From: Eledone cirrhosa
Lineage: Eukaryota
Assembly: GCA_964016885.1 (NCBI GenBank)
Contig: OZ024757.1
Location: forward strand, 30,876,001 to 30,940,000
Length of the DNA: 64,000 bases
Direction: 5' to 3'
In this document: positions 25,670 through 38,994 of the stretch, in pieces
How the letters are laid out: the number at the start of each line of letters is the position of its first letter
How positions within the stretch are numbered: position 1 is the stretch's first letter
Position numbers and translations under genes: made by a program
The notes under the pieces: model-generated
Databases searched by the model: none
The model's input: the letters and a program-made list of their open reading frames with translations, nothing else
What the model was told of the DNA's origin: nothing

Positions 25670-27830
25670 TTTCAACCTCTACTTCATGAACACAATTGAC
25701 ATGCACAGCCAAGTTGGAAGTGATATCACAACTGGTGGGTACAGGGTCAGTCGGCTGGAATTTGTAGACAATATGGTGATACTTAACTCGTTAAAAGATG
25801 ATCTCAATATAGACAGCCAGGGTGGGTACAGGATCAGTCGGCTGGAATTTGAAGACGATATGGTGTTACTTAATTTGCTGGAAGCTGATCTCCAACATAA
25901 GCATCCAGGATGGGTACAGGGTCAGTCAGCTGGAATTTGTAGACGACATGGTGTTACTTAACTCATTGTAAGGTGATCTCCGATATACATAGCCAGGGTG
26001 GGTACAGGATCAGTCAGCTGGAATATGCAGACAACATGGTGTTACTTAATTCACTGAAAGTTGATCTCCAACATACGCAGCCAGGGTGGGTACAGGATCA
26101 GTCAGCTGGAATTTGCAGACGACATGGTGTTGCTTAACTCACTGGAAGTTGATCTCTGACATACACAGCCAAGTTGGAAGTGGTATCATGTCTGGTAGGT
26201 GTAGGATCAGTTGGCTGGAATTTGTAGACATCATCATCATCATCATCACCGTTTTAAGTCCGTTCTTCAACGCTAGCATGGGTTAGACGGGTTGTCCTGA
26301 TTCTGGCTTGATTTCTACAGCTGGATGCCCTTCCTAACACCAACCTCATTTACAGTGAGTGCTGGGTGCTTTTTTGACTGTGGCACCTCCACGACCACTT
26401 TACAGTGGAATGATAGGTACCCCAGTCCCTATCATCTCATTTCTACAGCTGAGTAAACTGGAGCAATGTTAGATAAAGTGTCTTGCTCAAGGAAACAACA
26501 CATCTCCCGGTCCGAGAATTGAACTCACAACCTTTCGATTGCAAGTCCAATGCTCTAACCACTAAGCCATGCGCAGACAATATGGTGTTACTTAACTCGT
26601 TAAAAGATGATCTCAATATACACAGCCAGGGTGGGTAGAGGATCAGTCGGCTGGAATTTGCAGACGACATGGTGTGACTTAACTCACTGGAAGTTGATCT
26701 CCGACATGCACAGGCAGGTTGGAAGTGGTATCATGTCTGGTGGGGTGTAGGATCAGCTGGCTGGAATTTGCAGACCTGGCGTTACTTAATTCATTAGAAG
26801 TTGATCTCTGACTTACACAGCCAGGTTGGAACTGGTATCATGTCTGGTGGGGTGTAGGATCAGCCGGCTGGAATTTGCAGACCTGGCGTTACTTAATTCA
26901 TTAGAAGTTGATCTCTGACTTACACAGCCAGGTTGGAACTGGTATCATGTCTGGTGGGGTGTAGGATCAGCCGGCTGGAATTTGCAGACCTGGCGTTACT
27001 TAATTCATTAGAAGTTGATCTCTGACTTACACAGCCAGGTTGGAACTGGTATCATGTCTGGTGGGGTGTAGGATCAGCCGGCTGGAATTTGCAGACCTGG
27101 CGTTACTTAATTCATTAGAAGGTGATCTCTGACTTACACTTGATAGGTTTGCTGCTGAGTGCTACATGGCAGCTATGAAAATCTGTTGTGAAGACTGACA
27201 CACTTGTCCTCTCAAGGAAGCCTGTGCAATGCACTCTACATGTTAGAGGAGTTACATTGAAGTAAGTGGAGACGTTCAAATATCTCAGGGTTGTTTCATG
27301 AGTGATGGAAAGCAGGACGTATTGCTGGATCTAGTGTAGTAATGTGTTAGCACCAGCACTTATTCATCAGAAGAAGGGAGGGAGGTGTAAAAGCCAAACT
27401 CGTTATCTTCAATGTGGTATTTGTGCCAACCCTTATCTATGGTCATGAATCTTGGGTAATGACTGAAAGAATATGATCGCGAATACAAGCCACTGAAACG
27501 GGGTCCCTCCAAATGGTCTTTGGAGTAACATTACTTGATAGAGTGCATAACTAGGAGATCAGAGAGTCACTCCAGGTAGAGCCCCTACTTTTCCAAATTG
27601 AGAGATCAGAACTCCGATACTATAGATATGTGGTCAGAATGTTTAAGGAAAGGATTGTTGGACAGATTTTAGGGGCAAAACTAACTGGCAGGAGACCCAG
27701 GAGTAGACTTCGAACAAGATGGTTGGATAACATCCATGAGGTTGGTTGGAGATAGTTGCTTCTAATAAGACCCTTGGGAAGATGTATTTGAGGGCTCTGC
27801 TCTCATGATCTTTTCAGGAATAAGTGAAGT
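25670..27830 (+). mobile_element. Degraded RTE-clade LINE RT/3' region with the catalytic (F)ADD segment tandemly amplified; interrupted by a SINE
   Basis: Repeated LEF(A/V/E)DDMVLLNSLE.DL units of ~59 and 107 bp. Downstream remnants such as PTLIYGHESWVMTE and RRPRSR carry stops and frameshifts. Confidence 0.75.
26231..26574 (-). mobile_element. Full-length composite tRNA-SINE with a probable AGACA target duplication
   Basis: Minus strand GCGCATGGCTTAGTGGTTAGAGC (A box) … GAGTTCAATTC (B box), core CCTTGAGCAAGACACTT, RTE-type tail and (GAT)n. AGACA occurs at 26226-30 and 26575-79. Confidence 0.85.
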
Positions 27831-27951
27831 AGCACAGGTGTTGATATAATTGACTTTACCTTTCCCTAAAATTGCTGGCCTTGTGCTTAAATTAGAACTC
27901 ACTATTATTATTCTGTGGTGTGTATGTGTATATAAATATATATATATATAT

Positions 27952-28373
27952 GTAGGAGGTGAGTTTTATTGTAGCACAATAAAGCAATGCAAATATCGGA
28001 TAAGTAGCACTCTACAGTTTGTAGGACTGGAGTATAAATAATATAAGATCAAAAGATGGTTAAAAGAGTTCCAAGTATTTTATTATGTGCATTTCAAAAA
28101 CAAATATCATCATGGGATGATATCTGCGTTTTCATCAGATAAAATAGGGATACATGATATGAAGGTTAAAAAACACTTGTGAATAGTGAAGTTTTAAATC
28201 AACATATGTTGATTTAAAACTTAACTATTCACAAGTGTTTTTTAACCTTCATATCATGTATCCCTATTTTATCTGATGAAAACGCAGATATCATCCCATG
28301 ATGATATTTGTTTTTGAAATGCACATAATAAAATACTTGGAACTCTTTTAACCATCTTTTGATCTTATATTAT
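27952..28373. mobile_element. Fold-back hammerhead element: 168-bp-arm palindrome centred at 28205/28206 plus tail, in (TA)n
   Basis: 28038-28205 versus 28206-28373 are reverse complements with one mismatch and no spacer (AACAT|ATGTT). Paralogue of 5736-6066. Confidence 0.9.
28265..28335 (+). ncRNA. Type I hammerhead ribozyme (mirror copy at 28076-28146, minus strand)
   Basis: UAUUUUAU-CUGAUGA-AAACGCAGAUAUCAUC[CCAU]GAUGAUAUUUGUUUUU-GAAA-UGCACA-UA^AUAAAAUA. Stem I is a perfect 8 bp. Predicted cut after 28327. Confidence 0.8.
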
Positions 28374-28940
28374 ATATATATATATATATATATTTATTTA
28401 TAATATATATAATTTTTTTTCTGTGTAGTGTATAAATTTTTGTATGCATGTATGCATGTATATATGTGTATATACACACAAACATATAATTACACTGTAT
28501 ATATATATGTGTATGTATATGTATGCATGTATATATGTGTACATATACACACAAACATATAATTACACTGTATATATATGTGTGTATGTATATGTATGCA
28601 TGTATATATGTGTACATATACACACAAACATATAATTAAGTGTAATTATATGTTTGTGTGTATATGTACACATATATACATATATATATGTGTATATGTG
28701 TGTGTATATGTATGCGTGTATGTATATAAGTGTATATATACACACAAACTTATGCATGTATGAGTACATTATATATATATAAAACTATATATATATATGT
28801 GTGTATGTGTGTGTATATGTATGCGTGTATGTATATAAGTGTATATATACACACAAACTTATGCATGTATGAGTACATTATATATATATAAAACTATATA
28901 TATATAAAACTATATATATATAAAACTATATATATACACA

Positions 28941-29003
<63 letters not shown>

Positions 29004-29149
29004 ATCTAAACATATAACCTATGATTTTGTTCTCTATAGACATCCAATTCTGATGTTCGCTTCATTGGTTTCCATATAATGCAGGGTGTGAATCATGATA
29101 ATTGTCATACAAGGATCGAAGATGTCAACCGTGAAATACTTGAGAAAGA

Positions 29150-29785
29150 GACAAATGGAGGGAACGAAGGGAAGAAAGAAAGAAGGAAGGAAATGAATGA
29201 AGGAGAGAGCGATAGAGGAGGGGGGGGGGAGAAGGGGAAAGAGTAGGAGTTATGGGGAGAGGGGAAGAGGGATGGAGAGAGGGGTGGGTGGAGAGAGGAG
29301 AGAAGGGGAACGGGTAGGAGTTATGGGGAGAGAGGAAGAGGGATGGAGAGAGGGGTGGGTGGAGAGAGGAGAGAAGGGGAACGGGTAGGAGTTATGGGGA
29401 GAGAGGAAGAGGGATGGAGAGAGGGGTGGGTGGAGAGAGGAGAGAAGGGGAAAGGGTAGGAGTTTATGGGGAGAGGGGAAGAGGGATGGAGAGAGGGGAG
29501 GAGAAAGGGGAGAGAGGGATGGGTGGAGAGGAGGGAAGGATAATGAGGGGAATTTAAGGGGTGAGAGGAGTGAGGGGGATTTAAGGGGAGAGAGGAGGAG
29601 TGAGGGGGAGAAAGGCAGGGTAGAGGGAGAGAGAGAAGGAAATATAGAAAGTGATAGAGAGAGAGAAGAGGAAATATGTAAAGAAAGTGTGTGAGAGATA
29701 GAGAGAGAGAGAGAGAGATAGAAATTTGGAAAGAAAGAGAAAGGAAGGAGAAAAAGTGTGAGTGAGTGAGAGAGAGGAAAGTTCA

Positions 29786-29816
<31 letters not shown>

Positions 29817-30200
29817 TGAAGGGGAGAGAGAGGGGGAAGAAAGGAAGTGTGTGAGAAAGAGAGATTGAAGGGAAGTGTGTGAGAGAGAGAGAGTGAAGGG
29901 GAGAGAGAGGGGGAAGAAAGGAAGTGTGTGAGAAAGAGAGAGCGAGGTGGAGTGAGTGAGAGAGAGAGAGAGTGAAGGGGAGAGAGAGGGGGAAGAAAGG
30001 AAGTGTGTGAGAAAGAGAGGGAGAGGGAATGTGTGTGTGATAGAGAGTGAAGGGAGAGTGAGAAGAAAGGAAGTGTGTGAGAAAGAGAGAGCAAGGGGGA
30101 GTGTGTGCATGCGAGAGAGAGATAGTGGGAGAGAGAGAGAGGGGGAGGGAGAGAGGGAGAGAGAGAGTGAAAAGAAAGGAAGTAAGGAGATGAAAATTGA
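29150..30200. repeat. Polypurine (GA/GGA-rich) low-complexity tract with local ~55-60-bp duplications
   Basis: Almost purely A/G on the plus strand; repeated GGAGTTATGGGGAGAG and GAAGAAAGGAAGTGTGTGAG blocks. Confidence 0.85.
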
Positions 30201-30290
30201 AAGAAAAACTAATGATTTATTATTGAGGGTGAGATGACAGAAAACATTTCTCACACAAATTGAGAAATGGAATGAAATATATATATATAT

Positions 30291-30321
<31 letters not shown>

Positions 30322-30550
30322 CATATGTACATACATATACATATACATATATGTTTATATATATACATATATATATGTATATACATATACATATATATAT
30401 ATGTATATATATAAATATATATATATATTTATATATTATATATATCTATTGTATATAAATTAGTAGGAATTTGTGTATTCAGAACCACATATTAATATTA
30501 AAAATATTCAATATTCTAAGGTATAATTATTACACATATATATATATATA

Positions 30551-30680
<130 letters not shown>

Positions 30681-30781
30681 ATTTATATATATGTATATAT
30701 ATATATATATTTATGTATATATATGTATATATATATATATATTTATGTATATATATGTATATATATATATATTTATGTATA

Positions 30782-30826
<45 letters not shown>

Positions 30827-31419
30827 ATTTATATATGTATATATATATATATACTCGTCCAAACCCATGCAAACGTTAAACGATGATGATGATGATGATG
30901 ATGATATATGTATTTATATATATGTTTATGTATATATATATGTATATATATATGAGTGTGTATATATGTATTTATATATATGTATATATATATGTATATA
31001 TATATGTGTGTGTATATATGCGTGTGTATATATTTATATATCATCATCATCGTTTAACGTCCATCTTCCACATATATACATACACACAGTGATCAATTGA
31101 TGCATCGCGTGCAAGTTGAATATTTATATTAATAATTTGACTTAACTTTGAACTACTACTGGTTTCAAGATGTAAAGATGTCTTAATCGTTGTGATAATT
31201 TAGATATGTTTACTGACAGCTCCCCTGCATGGCTTGCACTGTTCTCATAAGCCATTCTCCTATGCTTAGTTTCCTGAAGGACAACAAGATTATAGATTGT
31301 AGTACTGTGTAATCAAGAAAAGTTAGCCATAGTAGCTTGCTCTTTGCCAGGAGCTTCTCTTGTAGTTGTCTTACTAAAAGAAAAGGGCATCTGTGGTGCT
31401 CCTTCTTAGCACAAAACCA

Positions 31420-31900
31420 AACTATCTAATCCAATTTGAATCTTTCATTAATTATTTATGCTAAAAATCTTTCTGTCACTTTCATAACTTGATCCATCAT
31501 TTTCATACCCCTGTAAAGACATCTGTGATGTTTATCCCTGGCTCCAAACCAAACTGCATCTCATCTAATTTGACTCTTTCGTTAATCATTTATGTTGATA
31601 CTGTGTCACTTTCATAACTTGATCCATCAGTTTTATACCCCTGTAAAGACATCTGTGATGTTTATCCCTGGCTCAAAACCAAACTGCATCTCATCTAATT
31701 TGACTCTTTCGTTAATTATTTATGCTAAAATTCTGTCATTTACATAACTTGATCCATCATTTTCATACCCCTGTAAAGACATCTGTGGTGTTCATTTCTG
31801 ACATGAAACCAAACTATATTTTATCTAGTTTGACTCATTTCCTAATGAGCTGTGCTAAAACTCTGTCACTTTCATCACTTGCTCCATCAGTTTTATGTTC
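31420..31900. repeat. 130-bp tandem repeat, ~3.5 diverged copies
   Basis: CTGTAAAGACATCTGTG at 31511, 31641 and 31771. Confidence 0.85.
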
Positions 31901-32329
31901 CTGTAATTGCTCCTTTCTAGCACATCCCTTTTTCCCATATAACAATTAATAATTATACTGCTACACCAGTCATTGAGTATGATCCTTTCATGTATTATTA
32001 CCCGATTGATTATGTGAATGACTAGTTCAACTCCTATTTTCCCAGAACATTTTTCAGCATCTCAGTGACTATCTCTGACGGATCAATAGCTTTACCATTT
32101 TTTTCATCTCATTGATTTCTTTTTTTGACTCCTATAACTGTCAATTTCAATAGTTGGTTCCATTTTTGGGGTCAGTTAAGGGCAGTCTCCCCTTTCTCCT
32201 ACTCATTCTCCACATCCACCAACCTCTCGTAATAACATTTCCAGGCCTCTTTCTTTTGAGTGTCAGGTATCAGTGATGTTAAGTTCACCAGTGTCATTTC
32301 GAACACACTTTTCCCCAACTACATCTTGG

Positions 32330-32860
32330 TTTACTCTGACACTACTTTACAAATTGGGACATGCTGGCTGCCATTAGTCACCAAGGAGCAGATTTACACC
32401 TGTGTTAGAATTGTGTTGCTCCACACTAGCGAGACCTCGGCCATGTCATCCGACTGTCTGAATTGGCCCAGAAGAAATGACAGAGCTATGATCTACTTGA
32501 TGTGCGGTGTAACCACTAAGGATGATGTCAGCTCAACTGAGCTCCTGAAAAGACTGCTGATCGACGACTTCAAGGATGTTCTTCACATGAGACATATTGT
32601 ATGGCCATGGGGAGCACAGTGAGGGCTGGATCAGTAAAGTGATGAATGTTGATCCAGGAGGCAGTAGAGACCCAGGAAGACCAAAAAGGACTTGGATGGA
32701 GGATGTCTGTCGGGATCAAGCTAGGCTTGGCCTGGCCCAAGTGAGACAGACGGACAGAAACACATGGAGCTGGATGCTAAGGAGCGCTGTCAGGCAGGAG
32801 CCACCCCTACTTAGGGATTAATTGTGTCCTGCATAATCAAAAACTGGATGATGATGATGA
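32330..32860 (+). mobile_element. Degraded RTE LINE 3' end
   Basis: ORF remnants YTCVRIVLLHTSET…RNDRAMI.LMCGV and YGHGEHS…GRPKRTW, with a (GAT)n tail. Confidence 0.75.
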
Positions 32861-32989
32861 ACACTTCACATCTATGATTCTCACATCACAAGACATTTGC
32901 AAACCCCCTGCTTCTAGTTTCTTTGCATGTTATTTATACTAACCGAGAAATTGCTGGCCTTGTGCCTAAATCAGAAACAATTATTATTA

Positions 32990-33385
32990 TGGTGGTGGAT
33001 TGGCATTATCAATAGAGCGTTGGAGAACATGCTTCATAGCATAAAGTTACGGCCCTTTACATTCTGAGTTCAAATCCCGCCGAGGTTAGCTTTACCTTTC
33101 ATCCTTACAGAGTCAATAAATAAAGCACCAGTAATGCACTGGGGTCGATTTAATCAATTTCCCCCTCCCCAAAAATTGCTGGCCTAAGAAACCATTATTA
33201 CTATTGTCAAATAAAGTACCAGTAATGCACTGGGGTCGATTTAATCAATTTCCCCCTCCCCAAAAATTGCTGGCCTAAGAAACCATTATTACTATTGTCA
33301 AATAAAGCACCAGTAATGAACTGAGTCGATTTAATCAATTTTCCCCTTTCCAAAAATGGCTGGCCTCATGCCTAAGGTGGAAACA
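32990..33385 (+). mobile_element. Nin/Deu-like tRNA-SINE with a tandemly duplicated 3' part
   Basis: GAGTTCAAATCCCGCCGAGG…CCTTTCATCCTTAC. The ~90-bp 3' block (AAAGTACCAGTAATGCACTGGGGTCG…) is present three times. Confidence 0.75.
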
Positions 33386-33508
33386 GTTGTCTAGCTTCTC
33401 TTTTAGCTACCTGTTACTGATATTTATTGCCAACATTTTCCCAGTCATTCAATGTGTGTTTCTTGGCTTTAACACCTTCATTTTAGTACTGTTTCACTGC
33501 CAAGTTAT

Positions 33509-33990
33509 CCTCTGTCTGGCTGGTGTTTTGCTCCAGAGGTTGCTTCCTCTGTCTGGCTGGTGCTTTGCCCCAGAGGTTGCTTCCTCTGTCTGGCTGGTGC
33601 TTTGCCCCAGAAATTGCTGCCTCTGTCTGGCTGGTGCTTTGCCCCAGAAATTGCTGCCTCTGGCTGGTGCTCTGCTCCAGAGGTTGCTTCCTCTGTCTGG
33701 TGCTCTGCTCCAGAGGTTGCTTCCTCTGTCTGGCTGGTGCTTTGCCCCAGAAATTGCTGCCTCTGGCTGGTGCTCTGCTCCAGAAGTTGCTTTTTCTGTC
33801 TGGCAGGTACTTTTCTCCAGAGGTTGCTTCCTCTGTCTGGCTGGTGCTTTGTCCCAGAAGTTGCTTCCTCTGTCTGGTTGGTACTTTACTTCATAAGTTG
33901 CTTCCTCTGTCTGGCTGGTACTTTGTTCCAGAAGTTGCTTCCTCTGTCTGGCCGGTACTTTGATCCAGAAGCTGCTTCATCTGTCTGGCT
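33509..33990. repeat. 37-bp minisatellite (~13 copies)
   Basis: Unit CCTCTGTCTGGCTGGTGCTTTGCCCCAGAGGTTGCTT at 33509, 33546, 33583 and onward. Confidence 0.9.
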
Positions 33991-35309
33991 CCATACACAC
34001 GTACGCATGTGTCTGTGTGTATATCATGACTCATACACTGTTCATTTTTCTGACATTTGTACATTATTCTATGTATTATACATGCACCTTTGATGAGTTG
34101 TAGTGTATCTGAGCACTGTACACAATAATTTTCATTATTGCATATATATATATATATATGTTTTTGGCAACCATTCATGATGTGGCTCAATGACAAATTA
34201 AATAAATAATCAACAATCAGAGCAATATACGATAAAGTATGTCCATAAAATCATTTGATAAAATATTAATGTATATATTTTATCAAATGATTCTATGGAC
34301 ATACTTTATTGTATATATATATATGAGATGGCAATATGATATATATATGTGTGTGTCAGTTGTGTGAATGGCACAACAACCTCTGTAGTGTTGGTGCTGT
34401 GATAAAACGCTATCCCTCCTCCCCCTAATCCTCCAGTAAACTCTGTAAAATGGTAGGTGAAAGGAAAGGCATCTAGTCATAGAAAATATGCCAAGCAAAG
34501 GCTCAGGTGGACTCTTCTGTTGTGTCAAAGACATATGACAACCTCCCTAGGCCTGCTGCTAACAGCTATGTTCATTCACCACTCTCCTACAGGAATACAA
34601 ATATGTTAATGACTAAAGTGAGAGAGCGGCATTTGTTCATATATTAGGAGAATATTTTAGGCATTCTATGTCATGTCACTGCCTTATAAATCTGTTTATA
34701 TTCACCGCCCTCATACAGAGATACAAATATTTTAATGACTAAAGCGGAGAGGCCTTTGTTCACATGATTAGGAGAAGATTTTAGGCATTCTATCTGTCAT
34801 TTCACTGCCTTATAAATATGTGTATATATTAGCTCCAAATATGAGAAGAGAAGAGAGAGCGACATATATTTATTTGTATTGAAATCGTTGAGAAAGTTTT
34901 GTGGATATTTTTAATAAAACCGTATTAACTAATGTGAGAAATAAATAAAAATTGCAAAACATTGCTTTTTATATTGTTGTGATCAATAAAAATTATTTTA
35001 TCGCTTTCAAAACATGATAAATGATAGAAGAAAGAAAGAAATATGGGAAAGATTTTTCAAAAATATTAAAAAAGTAATGCTGAGAAATGGATGATGGAAA
35101 TTGTTGTGAATAATGGAACATTGAGTCAAAGAAGGAAGAAAAAAAGTGGAAATGTTTCTGTATGTGAGTGTGTGTGTGTAAATGTGTATGTATGTATATA
35201 TATATATGTGTGTGTATGTGTACACATGTGTATGTGTGTGTGTATGTATGTATATATATATATATGTGTGTGTATGTGTATATATATATGTGCTTTATGT
35301 GTGCACGTG

Positions 35310-35340
<31 letters not shown>

Positions 35341-35430
35341 CATGTGTATCTGTGTGAGTATGCATAAGTGCATGCATGTGTGTGTGAGTTAATAAATATA
35401 TTTATGTGAATGAATATATATATATTTGAT

Positions 35431-35468
<38 letters not shown>

Positions 35469-35606
35469 TATGTATATATTAATGCATTTATTTCTCTATA
35501 TATTAGTTTCTGTGTATAAGTGTGTGTATGTATATATATATATATATATATCTACACATGTATATATTAATGTATCTATCTCTATATAGGTTTGTATGTA
35601 TAAGTG

Positions 35607-35649
<43 letters not shown>

Positions 35650-35702
35650 TTGTTTGTATATATATATGTATATATATATATTGTATGTATATATATATAT
35701 TG

Positions 35703-35749
<47 letters not shown>

Positions 35750-35753
<4 letters not shown>

Positions 35754-36493
35754 TTGTTTACTCGAGAGAAGGCTACGTTGGTACGGTCACGTGATGCGCA
35801 TGAAAGACGACAGCTGTATAACAAAGTGCAGGGCAATAAAGATAGACGGAAGCCACGGAGTAGGCAGACCCAGAAAAACATGGGACGAGCTGATAAATTC
35901 CGACCTCACACGCTTACACCTCTCCAAGACAATGTCACTGGACCGAGACCTTTGGCGGTACTCAGTAATAGAGAAGACCCGCCTTACCTAAATACAAAGT
36001 AAAAACCTACTACAGTCAGTAGGCATCTCTATCAAAACACACCCCCGTCCCACCACCTCCACCCCACCCACACCGCCCCTTTCAATGTAAAGTTATGTTG
36101 GTCCCACAACATCCAGGCCGAAACAAATGAGATCGTGTGGGTGTCACGACAAAAAACACACAGTCCACGCTGTAAATGTGGCCGTGTAGGCAACACGGTA
36201 AAAACCTCCCAGCCCCACACTGTAAATGTGGTTGGTGTTAGGAAGGGCATCCAGCTGTAGAAAACCCGCCAGACAGTCCACGCTGTAATGTGGCCGTGTA
36301 GGCAACACGGTAAAAACCTCCCAGCCCCACACTGTAAATGTGGTTGGTGTTAGGAAGGGCATCCAACTGTAGAAAACCCGCCAGACAGTCCTATGCGAGC
36401 AAGACAACCACTCTTGCCTCAAGTGGGAAAACCCCCGTCCAAACCCATGCAAGCGTGGAACACGGACGCTAAACCTTATGATGATGATGATGA
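35750..36493 (+). mobile_element. 5'-truncated RTE LINE, same subfamily as 59769-61300, with a ~113-bp duplication in its 3' UTR
   Basis: High identity to 60668-61300 ([16 protein letters not shown]…[11 protein letters not shown]). ACAGTCCACGCTGTAA occurs at 36160 and 36273. Confidence 0.9.
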
Positions 36494-36779
36494 TATATAT
36501 ACATACACACGTATGTGTATTTGTGTGTGTAAGTATATATATGCATATAAATATGTATGTCTTCGTGTTGCATGTGTGTATGTATATGTTTGTGTGTGTA
36601 TATATGTCAATGTATGTGTACATATATTCCTATGTAAGCTGTTTAATTATCGGGTCATTCCATTTTTCATGTAAGGGGAGGAAAGCATATGAAGTTTATT
36701 TCACTTATTTGACATCCTTAAAAGTGATTCAGTATTATCTACATATATTTAGTATTTCACATCAAATATATATGAACAT

Positions 36780-37590
36780 TTACCGAGCCCCCAAACTATA
36801 TTTATGTTATGGGATGTTCGGTGCAGCCAACCGACCTGTCCCTCCTCGTATTGGTACCATCCAGTACCAGGCCCCAAAACTATGGCTATGCTGTGAGATG
36901 GAATAGGCTCCTTGTATTGGTGCCATCCAGTGCTGGGCTCCAACCTGTCCCTCCACATAGTGGTGCCATCCAGCACCAGGCTCTCAAACTGTGGTTCTCC
37001 ACCTGTCCCTCCTCATTGTGGTGTCATCCAGTACCGGGCCCCAAAACTATGACAACATTGTGAGATGGGTTTGGTGTGACTGACTGGCCTGTCCTTCACG
37101 GTGGTGCCATCCAATACTGCTCCCCAAAATTATGGTTACGCTGTGAGATGAGTTAGGTGTGGCCACCTGCCTGTCCCTCATAGTGGTGCCATCCAGTACC
37201 GGGCCCCAAAACTATGGCTACACTGTGAGATGGGTTTGGTGTGACCACCTGCCTGTCCCTCATAGTGGTGTCATCCAGTACCGGGCCCCAAAACTATGGC
37301 TATGCTGTGAGATGGGTTAGGCTCCTTTTATTGATGCCATCCAGTACCAGGATTCAATACTTTCGTTCCACTGTGAGATGGGTTTGGCGTGGCCAACTGG
37401 CCAGTCCCTCCTCATTACAGAGCCATCCAGTTCCACACTGTAAATGCAGTTGATGATAAGAAGGGGACCCAGCTGTAAAATACTCGGCAACATTTACAGT
37501 CCTCATCGGAGCAAGGTATGGCATGGCCAACTGGCCAGGCTTGCCTCGCCTCATAATGTGGATGACTCATCTAACCAATGATGATGATTT
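36780..37590 (+). repeat. Diverged ~70-85-bp minisatellite running into a LINE/SINE-type tail
   Basis: Recurring GTGCCATCCAGTACCGGGCCCCAAAACTATGGCTA.GCTGTGAGATGGG, ending CACACTGTAAATG…AAGGG..CCAGCTGTA…GATGATGAT. Confidence 0.7.
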
Positions 37591-37823
37591 CTAATGGAAA
37601 ACCCTGTTCCCTATGATTTCCAAATCATTTTGAAAATAATCTAGAATTTGGAGGGATTTAGTTAGATAACTTACTTTCTTATTATTAAGTTGGTGTTTGG
37701 AACATAACTTAACCCTTTCCTTGTCATATTTCTAAAGAAAGACACAACTTCTTATTTTCATATTATTTTGAAAATAATCCAGAACTTGAGTGCATTTTGT
37801 AATATAACTAACTTATTATTCAA

Positions 37824-38045
37824 GGGCGGTGGATTGGCAGAATCGGAAGAACGTCAACCAATATACTTTGTGGCATAGAGTTACAGCCCTTTACGTTCTG
37901 AGTTAAAATCCTGCCAAGGTTAACTTTGCCTTTCATCCTTACGGGGTCGTTAAAATAAAGCACCATTAAAACACTGGGGTCGATTTAATCGACTTTCCTC
38001 TCCTCTTTAAATTGCTGGCCTTGTGCCTAAATCAGAAACCATTAT
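37824..38045 (+). mobile_element. Nin/Deu-like tRNA-SINE, full length
   Basis: GGGCGGTGGATTGGCAG head, GAGTT.AAATCC B box, CCTTTCATCCTTACGGGGTCG domain, TTGCTGGCCTTGTGCCTAAA tail. Confidence 0.8.
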
Positions 38046-38672
38046 TAAGTTGGTGTTTGGAACATAACTTAACCCATTCCTTGCCATGTTTCTAAAGAAA
38101 AATACTACCTCTTAATTCCATATTATTTTGAAAATAATTTAGTATTTGAGCGCATTTTATAATATAACTAACTTTCTTCTTATTAAGAGGAACAGGAAGT
38201 ACCTACAATTATACAAGATACACATTTGTAGTAATGGTACATATTAATTTGATATAGAAATGTCTTCTACAACACTGTTTCATTCATTTGAAATTATTAT
38301 TTCAATAAATTGAAAGCATCAAAGATTTTATAGTGTCACCTGTTATTTTATTTACCTGCCTATGACAATGAAAGCATAAATACAGAGCCAGTTTCTTATT
38401 ATAGTCTTCTGACAGAGGGCTTTTAGACCCAAAATATTAAGACAAGTAAATAAAGCAAAAGGTGATACACTAATATCTTCATTGCCTTCAATGTATTCCA
38501 AAATCGACCATCCATTTTGCATTGCAGTAGCCTTCAAATAACATACCACTTTATACACTAACACAATGCTTCATACAAACTACAAAATCTCCTTATACTA
38601 ACACACACACACACATATATGTATATAGGGTCATACATATATATATGTATAGGGTCATATATATATAGTGAA

Positions 38673-38960
38673 GGCGCATGGCTTAGTGGTTAGAGCATTA
38701 GGCTTGCAATCAAAAGGTTGTGAGTTCAATTCTCGGATCGGGTGATGTGTTGTTTCCTTGAGCAAGACACTTTATTTCACGTTGCTCCAGTATACTCAGC
38801 TGAAAATGAGTACCAGCAATAGCTGGAGGTTTAACCCTGCGATGGACTGGCGTTCTATCCAGGGGGGAGTCTTGTACTCTCAGTCGCTTCGCGCCATGAT
38901 ACCGGGATAAGCACCGGCCAAATGAACCTTCTGTCTTAAGACAGGCTTTAGACTTTAGGC
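38673..38960 (+). mobile_element. tRNA-derived SINE with a CORE-like block and a non-RTE 3' region
   Basis: A box TGGCTTAGTGG, B box GAGTTCAATTC, CCTTGAGCAAGACACTT, then AACCCTGCGATGGACTGGCG…CCAGGG. Confidence 0.85.

Positions 38961-38994
<34 letters not shown>

Noticed and set aside
29040-29160. Possible plus-strand exon after TTTTGTTCTCTATAG
   Set aside because: No clear donor or recognisable peptide, and it is opposite to the supported exon.
38352-38564. 70-aa minus-strand ORF, considered as a GIY-YIG fragment or exon
   Set aside because: It lacks the YIG motif and any other recognisable homology.
38673-38750. tRNA gene
   Set aside because: A and B boxes are present but there is no proper acceptor stem; it continues into a SINE core and is multi-copy.
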